A stretch of 64,000 bases of DNA, taken from positions 62,001 to 126,000 of the forward strand of contig MCFE01000139.1 of NCBI GenBank assembly GCA_002104905.1, in the 5' to 3' direction. Source of the DNA: Basidiobolus meristosporus CBS 931.73 (lineage: Eukaryota; Fungi; Basidiobolomycota). The position numbers were made by a program, and so were the translations under genes. The notes beneath the pieces were generated by a model that saw nothing but the letters and a program-made list of their open reading frames with translations, was not told where the DNA came from and did no database searches. Of this stretch, positions 1-10,780 are shown in pieces. Numbering within the stretch: the first letter of the stretch is position 1; every line of letters starts with the position of its first letter.

Positions 1-82
1 ATAAGTGTAGTAGAGATATAGGGAAGTAGAAAATAAGGGAATGAGCACATCTGTCAGTGGGTGTCATTGTCACCCCACTACA
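1..82 (+). repeat. 3' end of solo-LTR family X (truncated by window edge)
   Basis: Matches 4031-4112 and 5981-6062; ends ...CCCCACTACA; followed by GCGG and the interior of the TIR element copy A. Confidence 0.75.
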
Positions 83-2428
83 GCGGTTTGAAATGATTTG
101 GCGCGATCTGCGTTATTTATCTGATTTTTAACACATTATGGTTAAATCTCCATCAATTGCCATATTTCCCATCATTAGGTCGCAAAAATCATCCGCAAAC
201 AATGCCTTGGTACTTTTATTGATGCTTTAATCATAGGTCTATAATCAAATAGGAAATCTGCGATTGATGTGATCTGATCCATGTCAACGCGATCCGAGAT
301 GCATCATGCATAATATATGAAAAATTCAACAATCACTTTAGTTTTCATATATATTTCATATAAGACCAGGTTGATGCCAATATACTGCTGTATAAGTATT
401 CAAATCCGTTGCTATGGTCCCCATACCAAGCCTCAACTCATCTTTAGTACAACCCAGACAAAACCCATCCCCCAGCTCACAAGCGCGGTCCGGACCGGAA
501 AAGTCGAAGTTGGATCTGTTTGAGTTCTTGCCAAATGATTTTAGTATGGCCCAAGTGTCTATGATGAGCCTTCATGCAGATATTTGGGCACTACTGATTA
601 ATCTAGCAGAACTAGATACCTCAGAGAGTCAACAAAGATGGAAGAATTTGAGTAGAAAGCTGTGGCATGAGTTCTACATCAAGATGCCAGCCAATGTATG
701 TAAAAAGATATATAACAAGACAAGTATTGAAATCAAGAATGAGCTGAGAGTGAGTGGATTTGACGAGGAAGCCGCGCGGGAACGATTTTGCGCGCAATTT
801 GCACAGTACGGGCCGGACGCGTCCGTTTGTGCCTCAACTTTGGGAACCAAAGAGATTTTGAATGAGTTTTTGCCTCAAATGACTAATGTACTACGTGATA
901 TATTAGTAGAGCTAAGTGGCTTCCGAGAACAATATACACAGGACTCATCCAGGCAACAGCTCCAAAGTATCAGACAGAGGGTAGGTGAATACCTTGAGGA
1001 ATCAGATGGTGAGCTTCAGGAGGAAGAATACAGACCGCGAGCAACATTGTCCAGATCGCGCCAGCACACCTCGCTGGATTCCCTACCATCTCTTGCAACC
1101 ACAGTGCGCCAGCGCACGTCAGTCCAGACCACGCCAACACCCTTTACCAGAACGCCCCGCGTCGAGTCAACGCGCATTGAGTCAACGCGCAATGGGTCAA
1201 CGTGCACGCTTCAGAGCAAAACTACCAGAACTTGCCAAACTGCTCATTTAGACACAAGTCCATTGGAGCAGACCAAGTTGCATCAACATGAGGCATCACA
1301 TTGAACTCAGCCAAGGGCCATCTCAACACGTCAAGGCGCGCCTGCGCGTGCCGTTTCGCCTGACCATCAGCGAGTTACTTCTGGTGAACTGACTGATGAT
1401 GACCAACATGAAGTGACTCAACCACCGGAGCCCTTGGCAAGTAAAAGAACGCGTCAGCGCGTGGCACTACAGGCCGGTTCAGTTGGTTCAGTTGGTTCAG
1501 TCGGAGCGATTCAGCACGGCCAAGCTGCAGCATCGCACTCATCAACTAGGAGGCAAAATACTGACTACGAATACACAAGTAGCCAAGATGATAGTCAGCC
1601 AGGAAGTAGTATAGGTGTGCAAAGTGAGTCACTACCAAATGCTTCAGTAGTAATCCCTGTGAGAAAAAAACCCAGGAGAAGATGATGCAATTGCTTTGAA
1701 TTGCTCACATTTGTAATGATCCCGACAACCCTTTTTTTTTGCGATCCAAATCAAGCCATCGCAAATCAGTGATCATCAAATTTTTGATATAAGTAATATC
1801 AAGGTCATCTCACATTTGAGACAGAACCCCTATAAATAAACACCCTGCATATATATACGTCATCTGTAATACCAGTGCAGCTATTGGATCTGTTTTGCAC
1901 CTACACGATTGCTTGCGTGCTAGCTATGACACCTTGCCCAATCACTAGGATCAGGGATTTACTTGCTCAATGGGCAAAATGGGATATTTGATGGCAAATC
2001 AGGTAGCTTTTTCAGTAGTCAATGAGCCAATTGGGGGCTGCCAGCTTCAGGATACTTTTGGACCAATTAGCCACTGAGATACCGTCCAATTGGAGTGAGG
2101 GTAACCAAAATGGTAAGTATCAGTGTAGTTTATAGTGTGATACACATTTATTTCCATTTACATTAAAGAAACATATCCAAATACCGGATTTTACCTGCCA
2201 TTATTGCGGTATCTGATTGCGCATGTGATGCAAGCATTACGAGTTGGCGCGATCATCCGCGCCAACCTCATCGTTTCAGATTGTGCCATAGTGTGCAAGA
2301 TTGTCCCGCATAGTGCAAAATTGTCCACAAACAATCCTGCCTTCTGGTAGCTATAATATTGCGCCTGATTGTTCTTTGCAACCGCGGATTGCGCCGCGCA
2401 CCCTGGCACGGTACAATGGAACAAGTCT
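83..2428 (+). mobile_element. Partial copy A of a PIF/Harbinger-superfamily TIR transposon (ORF1 arm plus one TIR)
   Basis: Inverted homolog of 18280-~20600; ends ...GTACAATGGAACAAGTCT followed by AAT; CpG-rich compared with copy B. Confidence 0.85.
414..1685 (+). pseudogene. Transposon ORF1: orphan ~423-aa protein (helical N-half, low-complexity C-half, basic RKKPRRR tail) with one premature TGA at 1302-1304
   Basis: ORFs 414-1304 and 1413-1685 are in the same frame and 1305-1412 has no stop; copy B has CAA at the TGA position, implying ancestral CGA. Confidence 0.75.
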
Positions 2429-2431
2429 AAT

Positions 2432-3037
2432 GTATCTACACAAGGCAAGTACCTGCGTCAGTACCCATGACACATGACCTAAGTCTGTGTTACCATCCCT
2501 ACCATTTCAATACCATATATGGTATTTTTATGTTGCACAGGTTTCAGACTACTGATTCCTGATTGGTTGAATGTGCTGTGCCTTTTAGAACCTTCCAGGA
2601 CATTCTTGGCATATTTTTAGCTCATAGTGATGTCATCCAGAATTCCACTGATACCTAGAATCTTCTAGAACCTTGTCATTAGTAATCACTTAGCAATCAG
2701 GAAAAGTATTTAAGGGAAAGCAATCCCTCATCAATAAATCATCCCTTCTATCAGTAACACTTTTCCCTTATTGATTAGCAGTTGATCACTGCACCTGCCT
2801 TCAACAGTTACACCTTAGACCTGCCATCAAGGAGCTTTTCAGGGTAGTGCACAAGACACACAGAGGTCTTTGGAGACACTTGGAGCACCTAGGAAGCTAG
2901 AGGAGCAGGAGCTTTTACCATAGTGACATATTTACAAAGACACCAGCAGTTTAGACCCAGAGGTTATTGCACCCATCAGACACCTCACACACCTTGAGTT
3001 GTGTAGCTTCTCCCAGGAGTACCTCTACACCACCACA
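2432..3037 (-). repeat. Diverged LTR related to family X, inverted, interrupted by copy A
   Basis: Reverse complement starts TGTGGTGGTG and aligns with the start and middle of 3042-4112. Confidence 0.6.
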
Positions 3038-3041
3038 ATGT

Positions 3042-4112
3042 TGTGGCGGTAAATAGGTCCAGGGGAGAGATACATCCAACACTTCTCAAGTGTTTTGGGT
3101 GTGGGGTGTTCACTGGGTGCAATAACCTCTTGCAAAAGCTTGCAAGGAATACTTGGGTTCTGTTGCTAATCTAATGTGATGGGGAATAAAGCCACATGCT
3201 TGTCAAGGGAAAACTGCTGAGCTACAATCCCCAACTTAGTTGGCATCTTAACAAAAGTATGTGCTGGGTTCAGCGTCCCTTGAGACGACAATGTACTAAA
3301 GCTTCCAAAGTCAAAACAACTGTAAACTCCACCAGCAGGGACTTGATAAGAATGCAGCTGTGGTCAATAGTTACAAAGACAAAGAAGTATCTTTGCCTGT
3401 ACAAGAATAAACTTGGGAAATAATCAAATATAATCAAAGATACCTACTGTGAGTATTCCTCACAAGTAGTGCATCCAAGGTCAGTTGACTGTCAGCATGG
3501 TTTCCTGGGAGTGTCATGTGTTCTGGGGTTGGAAGTTCAGGTGGCAGCAGGTAGCAGTGATCACACTAATCAACAAGTTAGTATATTGATAAAAGGGATT
3601 ATGATTTATTGTTGAGGGATTGCCTCCCTTATATAATTTTCTTACTAAATAAGTGATTACTGATTGTGGCATGCCAGATGGTTCCAGACATCAATAGAAA
3701 TCTTAATGACATCAGAATGACCTAAGAATGTTCTAGGTAGGTGCCAGAACATTCTAAGAGGCACAGCATATCCAACCATTCAGGAACCAGCACTCTGAAA
3801 CCTGTGTAATATATGAATACCAAATATGGTATGGAAATGGTAGGGATGGTAAAATAGGTTGATTATGTGTCACAGGTACTGGCACAGGCATTTGCCTAAT
3901 ATAGAAGCACTTACTGCTAGTAATCATACATAAAGTGGGGGATAACATATGCAATAAGGTAAGCAGGTCTGATAGTTAATTGGCTTATAGGATAGTACTG
4001 ATTGGGTAAGACAAATGGGATAAAACTAAAATAAGTGTAATAGACAAATAGGAAAGTAGAAAGTATGGGAATGAGCACATCTGTCAGTTGGTGTCACTGT
4101 GACCCCACTACA
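3042..4112 (+). repeat. Solo LTR, family X (~1.07 kb)
   Basis: TGTGGCGG...CCACTACA termini; colinear with 4256-6062 once the MITE is removed; flanks ATGT / ACAG. Confidence 0.75.
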
Positions 4113-4255
4113 ACAGGACTTGAGTGGCTTTACTACAAGTATGAAGCTGAATATGTAGATCTTTGCCGCTACAGTATCCATTTGCTATTCCATCTTACTT
4201 GGTGTGTTGAGAGTATTGGACCTTACTTCACCTTTGGGAGTTTTCAATGGAGCGG

Positions 4256-6062
4256 TGTGGTGGTGTATAAGTCCAAGGGAGAGATACCTCCAACACTTCT
4301 CAAGTGTTTTGTATGTGGGGTGCTCACCGCATGCAATAGCATCTGGTAAAAGCTGCTAGGAATACTTGGGTTCTGTCTCTAATCTAATGTGATGGGGAAT
4401 AAAGCCACATGCTTGTCAAGGGAAAACTATTGAGCTACAATCCCCAACTCAGTTGGCATCTTAACAAAAGTATGTGCTGGGTTCAGTGTCCTTTGAGATG
4501 ACAATGTGCTAAAGCTTCCAAAGTCAAAACAACTGTAAACTCCACTAGCAGGGACTTGATAAGAATGCAGCTGTGGTCAATAGTTACAAAGACAGAAAAG
4601 TATCTTTGCCTGTACAAGAACAAACTTGGGAAATAATCAAATATAACAAAAGATACTTACTCTGAGTATTCCTCACAAGTAGTGCCTCCAAGGTCAGTTG
4701 GCTGTCAGCACAGTTTCCTGGGAGTTTCCTGAGGTCTTGGGCTAGAGTTCTGGTAGCAGCAGGTAGCAGTGATCACACTAATCAACAATTTAGTAGACTT
4801 GTTCCATTGGATAGTGCCACATTGAGCCATGAGTGCCAAATGATGCCATAGTGTGCCAGAGAGGCCAAGTGAGCCTCTACCTGGCCACAGAGTGTGAAAC
4901 ATAGCTCCGCATCTTCACTCAAAGCAGCCCCTGTGTTTCACCCATTGTGTTGGAGAAAATCCATTTTTTGACCTTTTTTTTTGGATCAATTTTGTGCAGG
5001 ATGCGTTAGAGCACAAGCACATTGAAGATATGCATCTGGTACTCAATACCCATGGCACTCTGAATCTAGCTCCTGTAGCTTGTATCATGTCACAAAAATG
5101 AATGGCACTATCTTGGTCCACTGGTACAATCTGGCACTATACTTAAATATTAGCCCTAAAGTAAGATCTATACAAAGCACTTATAGTGCCAGATAGCACC
5201 AGCGGACCAAGATAGTGCCATTCATTTTTGTGACATGATACAAGCTACAGGAGCTAGATTCAGAGTGCCATGGGTATTGAGTACCAGATGCATATCTTCA
5301 GTTCTCCTGTGCTCTTACACATCCTGAGCTACATTGATCCACAAAAAAAGGTCAAAAAATGGATTTTCTCCTTTGCAATGGGTGAAACAAAGGGGCTGCT
5401 TTACATGAAGATGCAGAGCTATGTTTCACACTCTGTGGCCAAGTATAGGCTCACTTGACCTCTCTGGCACACTATGGCATCATTTGGCACTCATGGCTTG
5501 ATGTGGCACTATCCAATGGAACAAGTCTAGTATATTGATAAAAGGGATGATGATTGATTGTTGAGGGATTGCCTTCCTTATATATTTTTCTCACTGGCTA
5601 AGTGATTACTAATCATGGTGTTCTAGAAGGTTCGCAAGATCAATAAGAATCTTAATTACATCAGAATGAGCTAAGAATATTCTAAGTAGGTGCTAGAAGG
5701 TTCTGAGAGGCATGGCACATCCAACCAATCAGGAATCAGTACTCTGAAACCTGTGTAACATAGGGATATCATCTACGGTATAGAAAGTGGTAGGGATTGT
5801 AAAATGGGTTGATCATGTGTCACAGGTACTGGTGCAGGTGCTTGCTTAATATAGCAGCACTTACGGCTAGTAATCTTACATACAGTGAGGGATAACATAT
5901 GCAATAAGGTAAGCAGGTGTGATAGTCAGCCAGCATATAGGATGGTAATGATCAAGTAAGACAAATGGGATAAAACTAAAATAAGTATAATAGAGAAATA
6001 GGGAAGTAGAAAATATGCAAATGAGCACATCTGTCAGTGGGTATCACTGTGCCCCCACTACA
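4256..6062 (+). repeat. Solo LTR, family X, carrying a foldback MITE
   Basis: TGTGGTGG...CCACTACA; 4-bp TSD GCGG/GTGG; host reading frame restored on removal. Confidence 0.85.
4795..5528. mobile_element. Foldback MITE (734 bp; ~347-bp inverted arms, 40-bp spacer)
   Basis: Arms 4795-5141 and 5182-5528 are reverse complements; termini AGACTTGTTCC...GGAACAAGTCT; TSD AGT; empty site seen at ~3570-3590. Confidence 0.92.
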
Positions 6063-7114
6063 GTGGATGTGTGGGGAGATAGGAAGATAAGTCAAGTTGC
6101 AGGTACTACCATATCTCAATCTTGTTAAGAATATTTCCTTCAAGTCCGGCATGAATGTGATGAGTTGGCACATGGAGAACAGCCAGGAAGAGTTAGAGAA
6201 CACTGAGGACAGATGTGCACAGGAGACACCTATGCCTAGGGCATAAAAAAGCTGAGCAGGGTGCAACAAGCAACTTATTTCATCAGCAAAGCTCTGCCAA
6301 GGTATGCCAGATTTCTCTTGGCACACAAGCCAGTTTCTACACCCTTCAATATGGAATTTACACAAACAATAGCCAGAGCACACCTATAAGGGGTACTAGC
6401 ATCCAGCAGGGCAAAGGAATATATTGGCTAAGTACCAAAAAGTTCTTTGCAGATATTCAGAAGGCATTGATGGCAGAAGTGGTGGCAACCAAGCATATAT
6501 TTACAAGGTGTGTATGTTACCAGCAATACAAGGTATATGCAACTTTGCAAGCATTGCACTAAAAGGCCATAAAGCTGCAATGATAGAAGTATGTAAATTA
6601 CAGCAGGTGTGTCCCTTTGTAGAGGTTAGTGAGCAGGAGGCCATAGTATTTTTGATTCAAACTCTATGTGGAATACCCAAGGTAATCATGGGTAAACAAG
6701 TAAAGAGGGGCAATTCTACAGTGGAATACATGAATTGTGCAAGGGGAGGTAGAAAAAAAATACCATTTGGTAAATTGGTATGGTAGCATTATTCAGAACT
6801 AGCTGTAGTCCACCATACTGCCATGATAATGCCATCAGAGGCTTGCAAAGCAGCCATCATAATACTGTCAAGTTTCTTGCCATATAAGGCAGTTGGCTGT
6901 AATGGCCAATTAGATCCACTAAATAGCTATAAAGTGCACTATACCCTCATCAATACTATGCCACCCTTGGCAAAATACTGTACAAACACTATTATATTTT
7001 TTCAACTTCATTTGTTTGCAAAATTAGCAAATTGACACTGTGAACTCATCACAAGATCTTGTTGATGTTCATAAATTCCAAGCTGCTGGTATTATAGCAG
7101 TCTCCTGGGAGGAA

Positions 7115-8200
7115 ATATTATTGCCAAGTAAATACATAACTTCCAGTGGAAGGCTTTGCTGCAACATATACACCCTATCTTAAGTATATCTGGTTTCCAA
7201 TTAATGCCATAATCTGGCCAATGGCTAGTAGCTTGCAAATTTTGCTGCAATTGCATTTCAACTTCTGTACCTTCTCTCCGGAGAAAGATGATGTTCCTGT
7301 TGTTGGGTAATCAATGTATATGTGAGTTATGGATTAGAGTCCCTGTATTTAACACATTCAACAGCAATACCATCCATTGCACCCAGAAAACCTGGATATC
7401 TTGCTGATAGAGGGGGTATCTCCATTGCAGATTATAATATGTGCGTTGGCATGACAGCTATATACCATTATTTGGCTGGAAAACGCATAAAATTCATCCA
7501 GCAATGGATACAGGTGGCTATCCAGGTTGGATGGTGTTGTATGCCAAGATACCAATGACACTACCCTCAGATTTTGGCATAGTACTCTAAGATAGGTGGC
7601 ATATTTGGGTTGATGAGAATCAGTGAACTACACAATTTGCTGACAGAGTATTTGTTTATTGAAAATCCATCAAGCTTTAAGGCAAAGGCATGGTAATACC
7701 TGCCTTCAAAGTAGCCCTTGCTTCTTAGCTGATTGCAGTATTTGCCATCAAATATATCAAATATGTTTGCACCTGATTAATACTGAGTGCACTACTTTAT
7801 AGCTCTATAATAATTGTTGGACTGCTTGAGCTTCTTTAGAAAGGGTAATACCGGAATATATCTGAAGTGTAAACAATGTTTTCCCCCAATGGTGGTGGAT
7901 TCTGGACAGGTTGGACATCTTGTAATGGTGTCTGGGGACAGTGTGCCCACAAAAGGTAATAATGCGGACTCCTCATGCTCTCAGTGAAATAGGCAGTTAG
8001 GAATCTCTGCTGGGCACATGCTGACCATAATGCTGAGGCAGATGAGAATGTAGCAAAAGCAATACCTTCAGTTGAAGACCAGCAAGTGGCTGTTGTAATA
8101 TCACTACCACCTATATTAGCCAGTAAGTTGTCAGCTCATACCAAAGCATTAATGAGGCAATTAGGTGCAGTGGCTGATAGGATAGATGCAATGGAAAGTA
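7115..8200 (-). pseudogene. CACTA/EnSpm Transposase_21-like pseudogene fragment (inside the inversion)
   Basis: Reverse complement aligns with 55440-55830 and 42150-43000; AHIIICNGDTPSISKISRFSG motif; many stops. Confidence 0.7.
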
Positions 8201-8414
8201 TTCCATTACTGTAATATCTCAAAACCAATGGCACTCATTTCTTTATTTTGCAATTGCTACGGTAATATACCAGTGAATGACCAAGAAATTCCTACTTTGA
8301 TGAGCAATAGCTCAAGACCCTCTCAAGCAATCCACCCAAAAATAATCAGGACACTTTGTATCTAACACATGCTTCAGATTATAGCTCATCTGAAGTAGTA
8401 CTTCAGGAGTTATG

Positions 8415-8830
8415 ATCAAAAGAGTCCAATTATTATATATACTATGACATATTGATAAGATTACTATGGCTTGAAGACCCCTTTAGGGTAAAGGGAAGTT
8501 GATAATTTCCATACTAAGGGATATTTTCTCAGAAACATAAGTGACTTCCAAATAAGGAAAAGTTACTATAAAAGTAATAAGCCCGATAGTCAACAGAAGC
8601 TCAGAGCACAGCTGTACAAGTGGGAAACAGTGCCTAGTATATATTGTGAGCCTGAGATTCAGGATATTAGTGAAAGTTATATCTTCTATTAGTATATCAT
8701 ACTCCCAATAAGCTTTTTCAGTAATAACATACTGGAAGCTGTTGTATATTGTTAATTAGCCTCAATATTGTAGAGCAAACCCCAAACCAATCATAATGGA
8801 ATGCAACAGAAATCAGGAAATAGTCCAGAA
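8415..8830. repeat. Repeat family W, partial copy
   Basis: Homologous to 43540-43790 and 49760-50110; begins with GACCCCTTTAGGGGTAAAGGG. Confidence 0.55.
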
Positions 8831-10780
8831 ACAAGATGTGGATATAATACATGTAGAACAATCAGTATCTCAGGTAGAGAACCCGGTGTCTTTGCTGCAA
8901 AGAAGAAACCCATGTAGCTCAATGTCACAGTCAAGAATTGGGCCATTTCCTAGTGTAACAGCAGAGGAGCACTGTACAGTACTTGAAGAACAACAACAGT
9001 GCCCAAAGATAAAGCCTACAGAAAAACTATGACAGCATCAGACAGAGAAGCTGCAGTGTGTATACCAAATCCCAACAATCAGAAGACATTCAAGTTCCAT
9101 GAAGCCACTGAGTACAATGATGAAGAGTGGGCTAATATTCAAGATGCTGTTAGAAGTCTAGCATGCCAGCACCTTAAGGCTGGCATACCATGAGACCATC
9201 CAGAACTCAAGGCCAAAAAGAATATGCCTGACTTATTCCATGAGCATTATGATGGATCCAACAAGCAAACGGATTTTGCACCAGCATTGGTATGTTAATA
9301 AAGTATCTCAAGGATAGCAGAAACTATCAAAGGCAGAAGAACAAGAGTGCAAGTGTCAAAAACCAGTGGCTTCCTCAAGAGCCTGTTACAAGTAGGGTCA
9401 AAAGCTCCAAACAAGTGTCAAAGAGACATCAAGTAGCTGTAAGAGTGCCTGTATAGGACAAGCAGGTAGACAGATATGCACCTACGCAACGTATATCAAA
9501 AAATAATGTGGTACTACTCAAGAGGCAATCACTGAATGTGGTAGTGAAGGATCTGGCAGTGATAAAACCAGCAGCTACCTCTGGAGCCTATCACAGCATG
9601 GGCTGAGAGCTCAAAACAAGCCGGAAAAAAGCTTTAGGTTGCACCAGAGTATAAGCAAGAGACAATCACACCAAAACAGGTGCATCTGAGCAGTATTTAT
9701 TAAGGGGAAAACATAGTTCAAAACAAGAAGTACTGAGATAAAGTAGCAGTAAAAGACCTGGCAGTGCTAATGGAAATGGTAGAGGGAGAAAAGTCTACCT
9801 AAGCCAGAGATAAGGAAGCAGAGAAAAAAGCTGCAGTTCTTGCTAATCAGCACTGTAAGCCAAGAATATACTGAATCCCATTGTAGCCAAGATGAGTTAC
9901 TAGCTAGAAAACAGCTGCTTTCACAAGAGCTGGAAGTGCAGCAAGTAGGCTACACTCCGGTGAGGTAGATGAGTTTGCAGAGAAAGGTGACTTGTCTACC
10001 ACAGCCTGCATGTCCTCTATTGTTGACATGGTGGAGATCCCACTGACAGACAAAGTAACATCACTAAGAACTTAAAAGCCTATGAAAGTGCCTTCAGTGA
10101 AGTTCTGGAACATTTATAGGCTGACCAAGAGGTTGCAGCACTTCTTCAACAGGAGTGCTTGAGGAATGCACTTGGATCTTTCAAGGATATATTGCAAAGA
10201 TTGGTAGATGAGGTGTTAGACCTTGTAGTGCTGGCAAAAGACCAGAATGTATGGGAACCAGTGAGTGAACAATGGCCAAAAGCCATAGGGTTCCCACTAT
10301 AGTCATGGAAACAAAGTTTTGCAACAGATATACTTATTGAGTGCTGAATTTCAATGGAGTTACTTGTTGAGTGTGTGGTTGGGCTTGATGTTAGCTTGAG
10401 GTATAGGTACTTTTATAGACCAATACAATCAGCAATTGCAGTACAACTGAAGTTTTAACAGTAGTAAATCAATTTGTATGTACAGTAAGTAGAGAAATAG
10501 TGAAGTCAGGAAGTAATGAGTGTGAAAAACAGGCAATAGCCAGTCAATGCATACAAATGTAGGAGGTGATAGAGAGTCAGGGATCACAAAGTGAGAAAAT
10601 TGGCAGCAAACAAGTCAAAAGCCACATTTGTATTGTTGTGATGAGAAGTCTTAACTAACTTTTTTGTGAAATCTGGGGTGGATTATTTTTTGATGGTCTT
10701 TTCACAGTGTCCTGATGGGATCAATTCCTCTTACCTAGTGAAGAATAACTTGGTCTGGTGGGTGGATCCAATCTGGATCA

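Larger units (their letters stand above)
4113..7114 (+). mobile_element. CACTA/EnSpm-type transposon relic (transposase C-terminal part and 3' subterminal region), interrupted by an LTR
   Basis: Reads LCRYSIHLLFHL..VESIGPYFTFWEFSMER|MCGEIG across the 4256-6062 insertion (DUF4218-like HxLxH..GP..W.F.xER motif); colinear with 44214-45700 reversed. Confidence 0.7.

Noticed and set aside
76-90. CACTACAG as a CACTA terminus at the start of copy A
   Set aside because: It is the ...CCACTACA end of LTR family X, seen also at 4112 and 6062
2191-2448. 85-aa minus-strand ORF with Cys pairs
   Set aside because: Crosses the TIR into flanking LTR sequence, so it cannot be a real element ORF
4795-5528. 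TA or 5-bp TSD (Tc1/mariner-like) for the MITE
   Set aside because: The empty site at ~3570-3590 excludes a TA duplication; only a 3-bp TSD fits both MITE copies exactly
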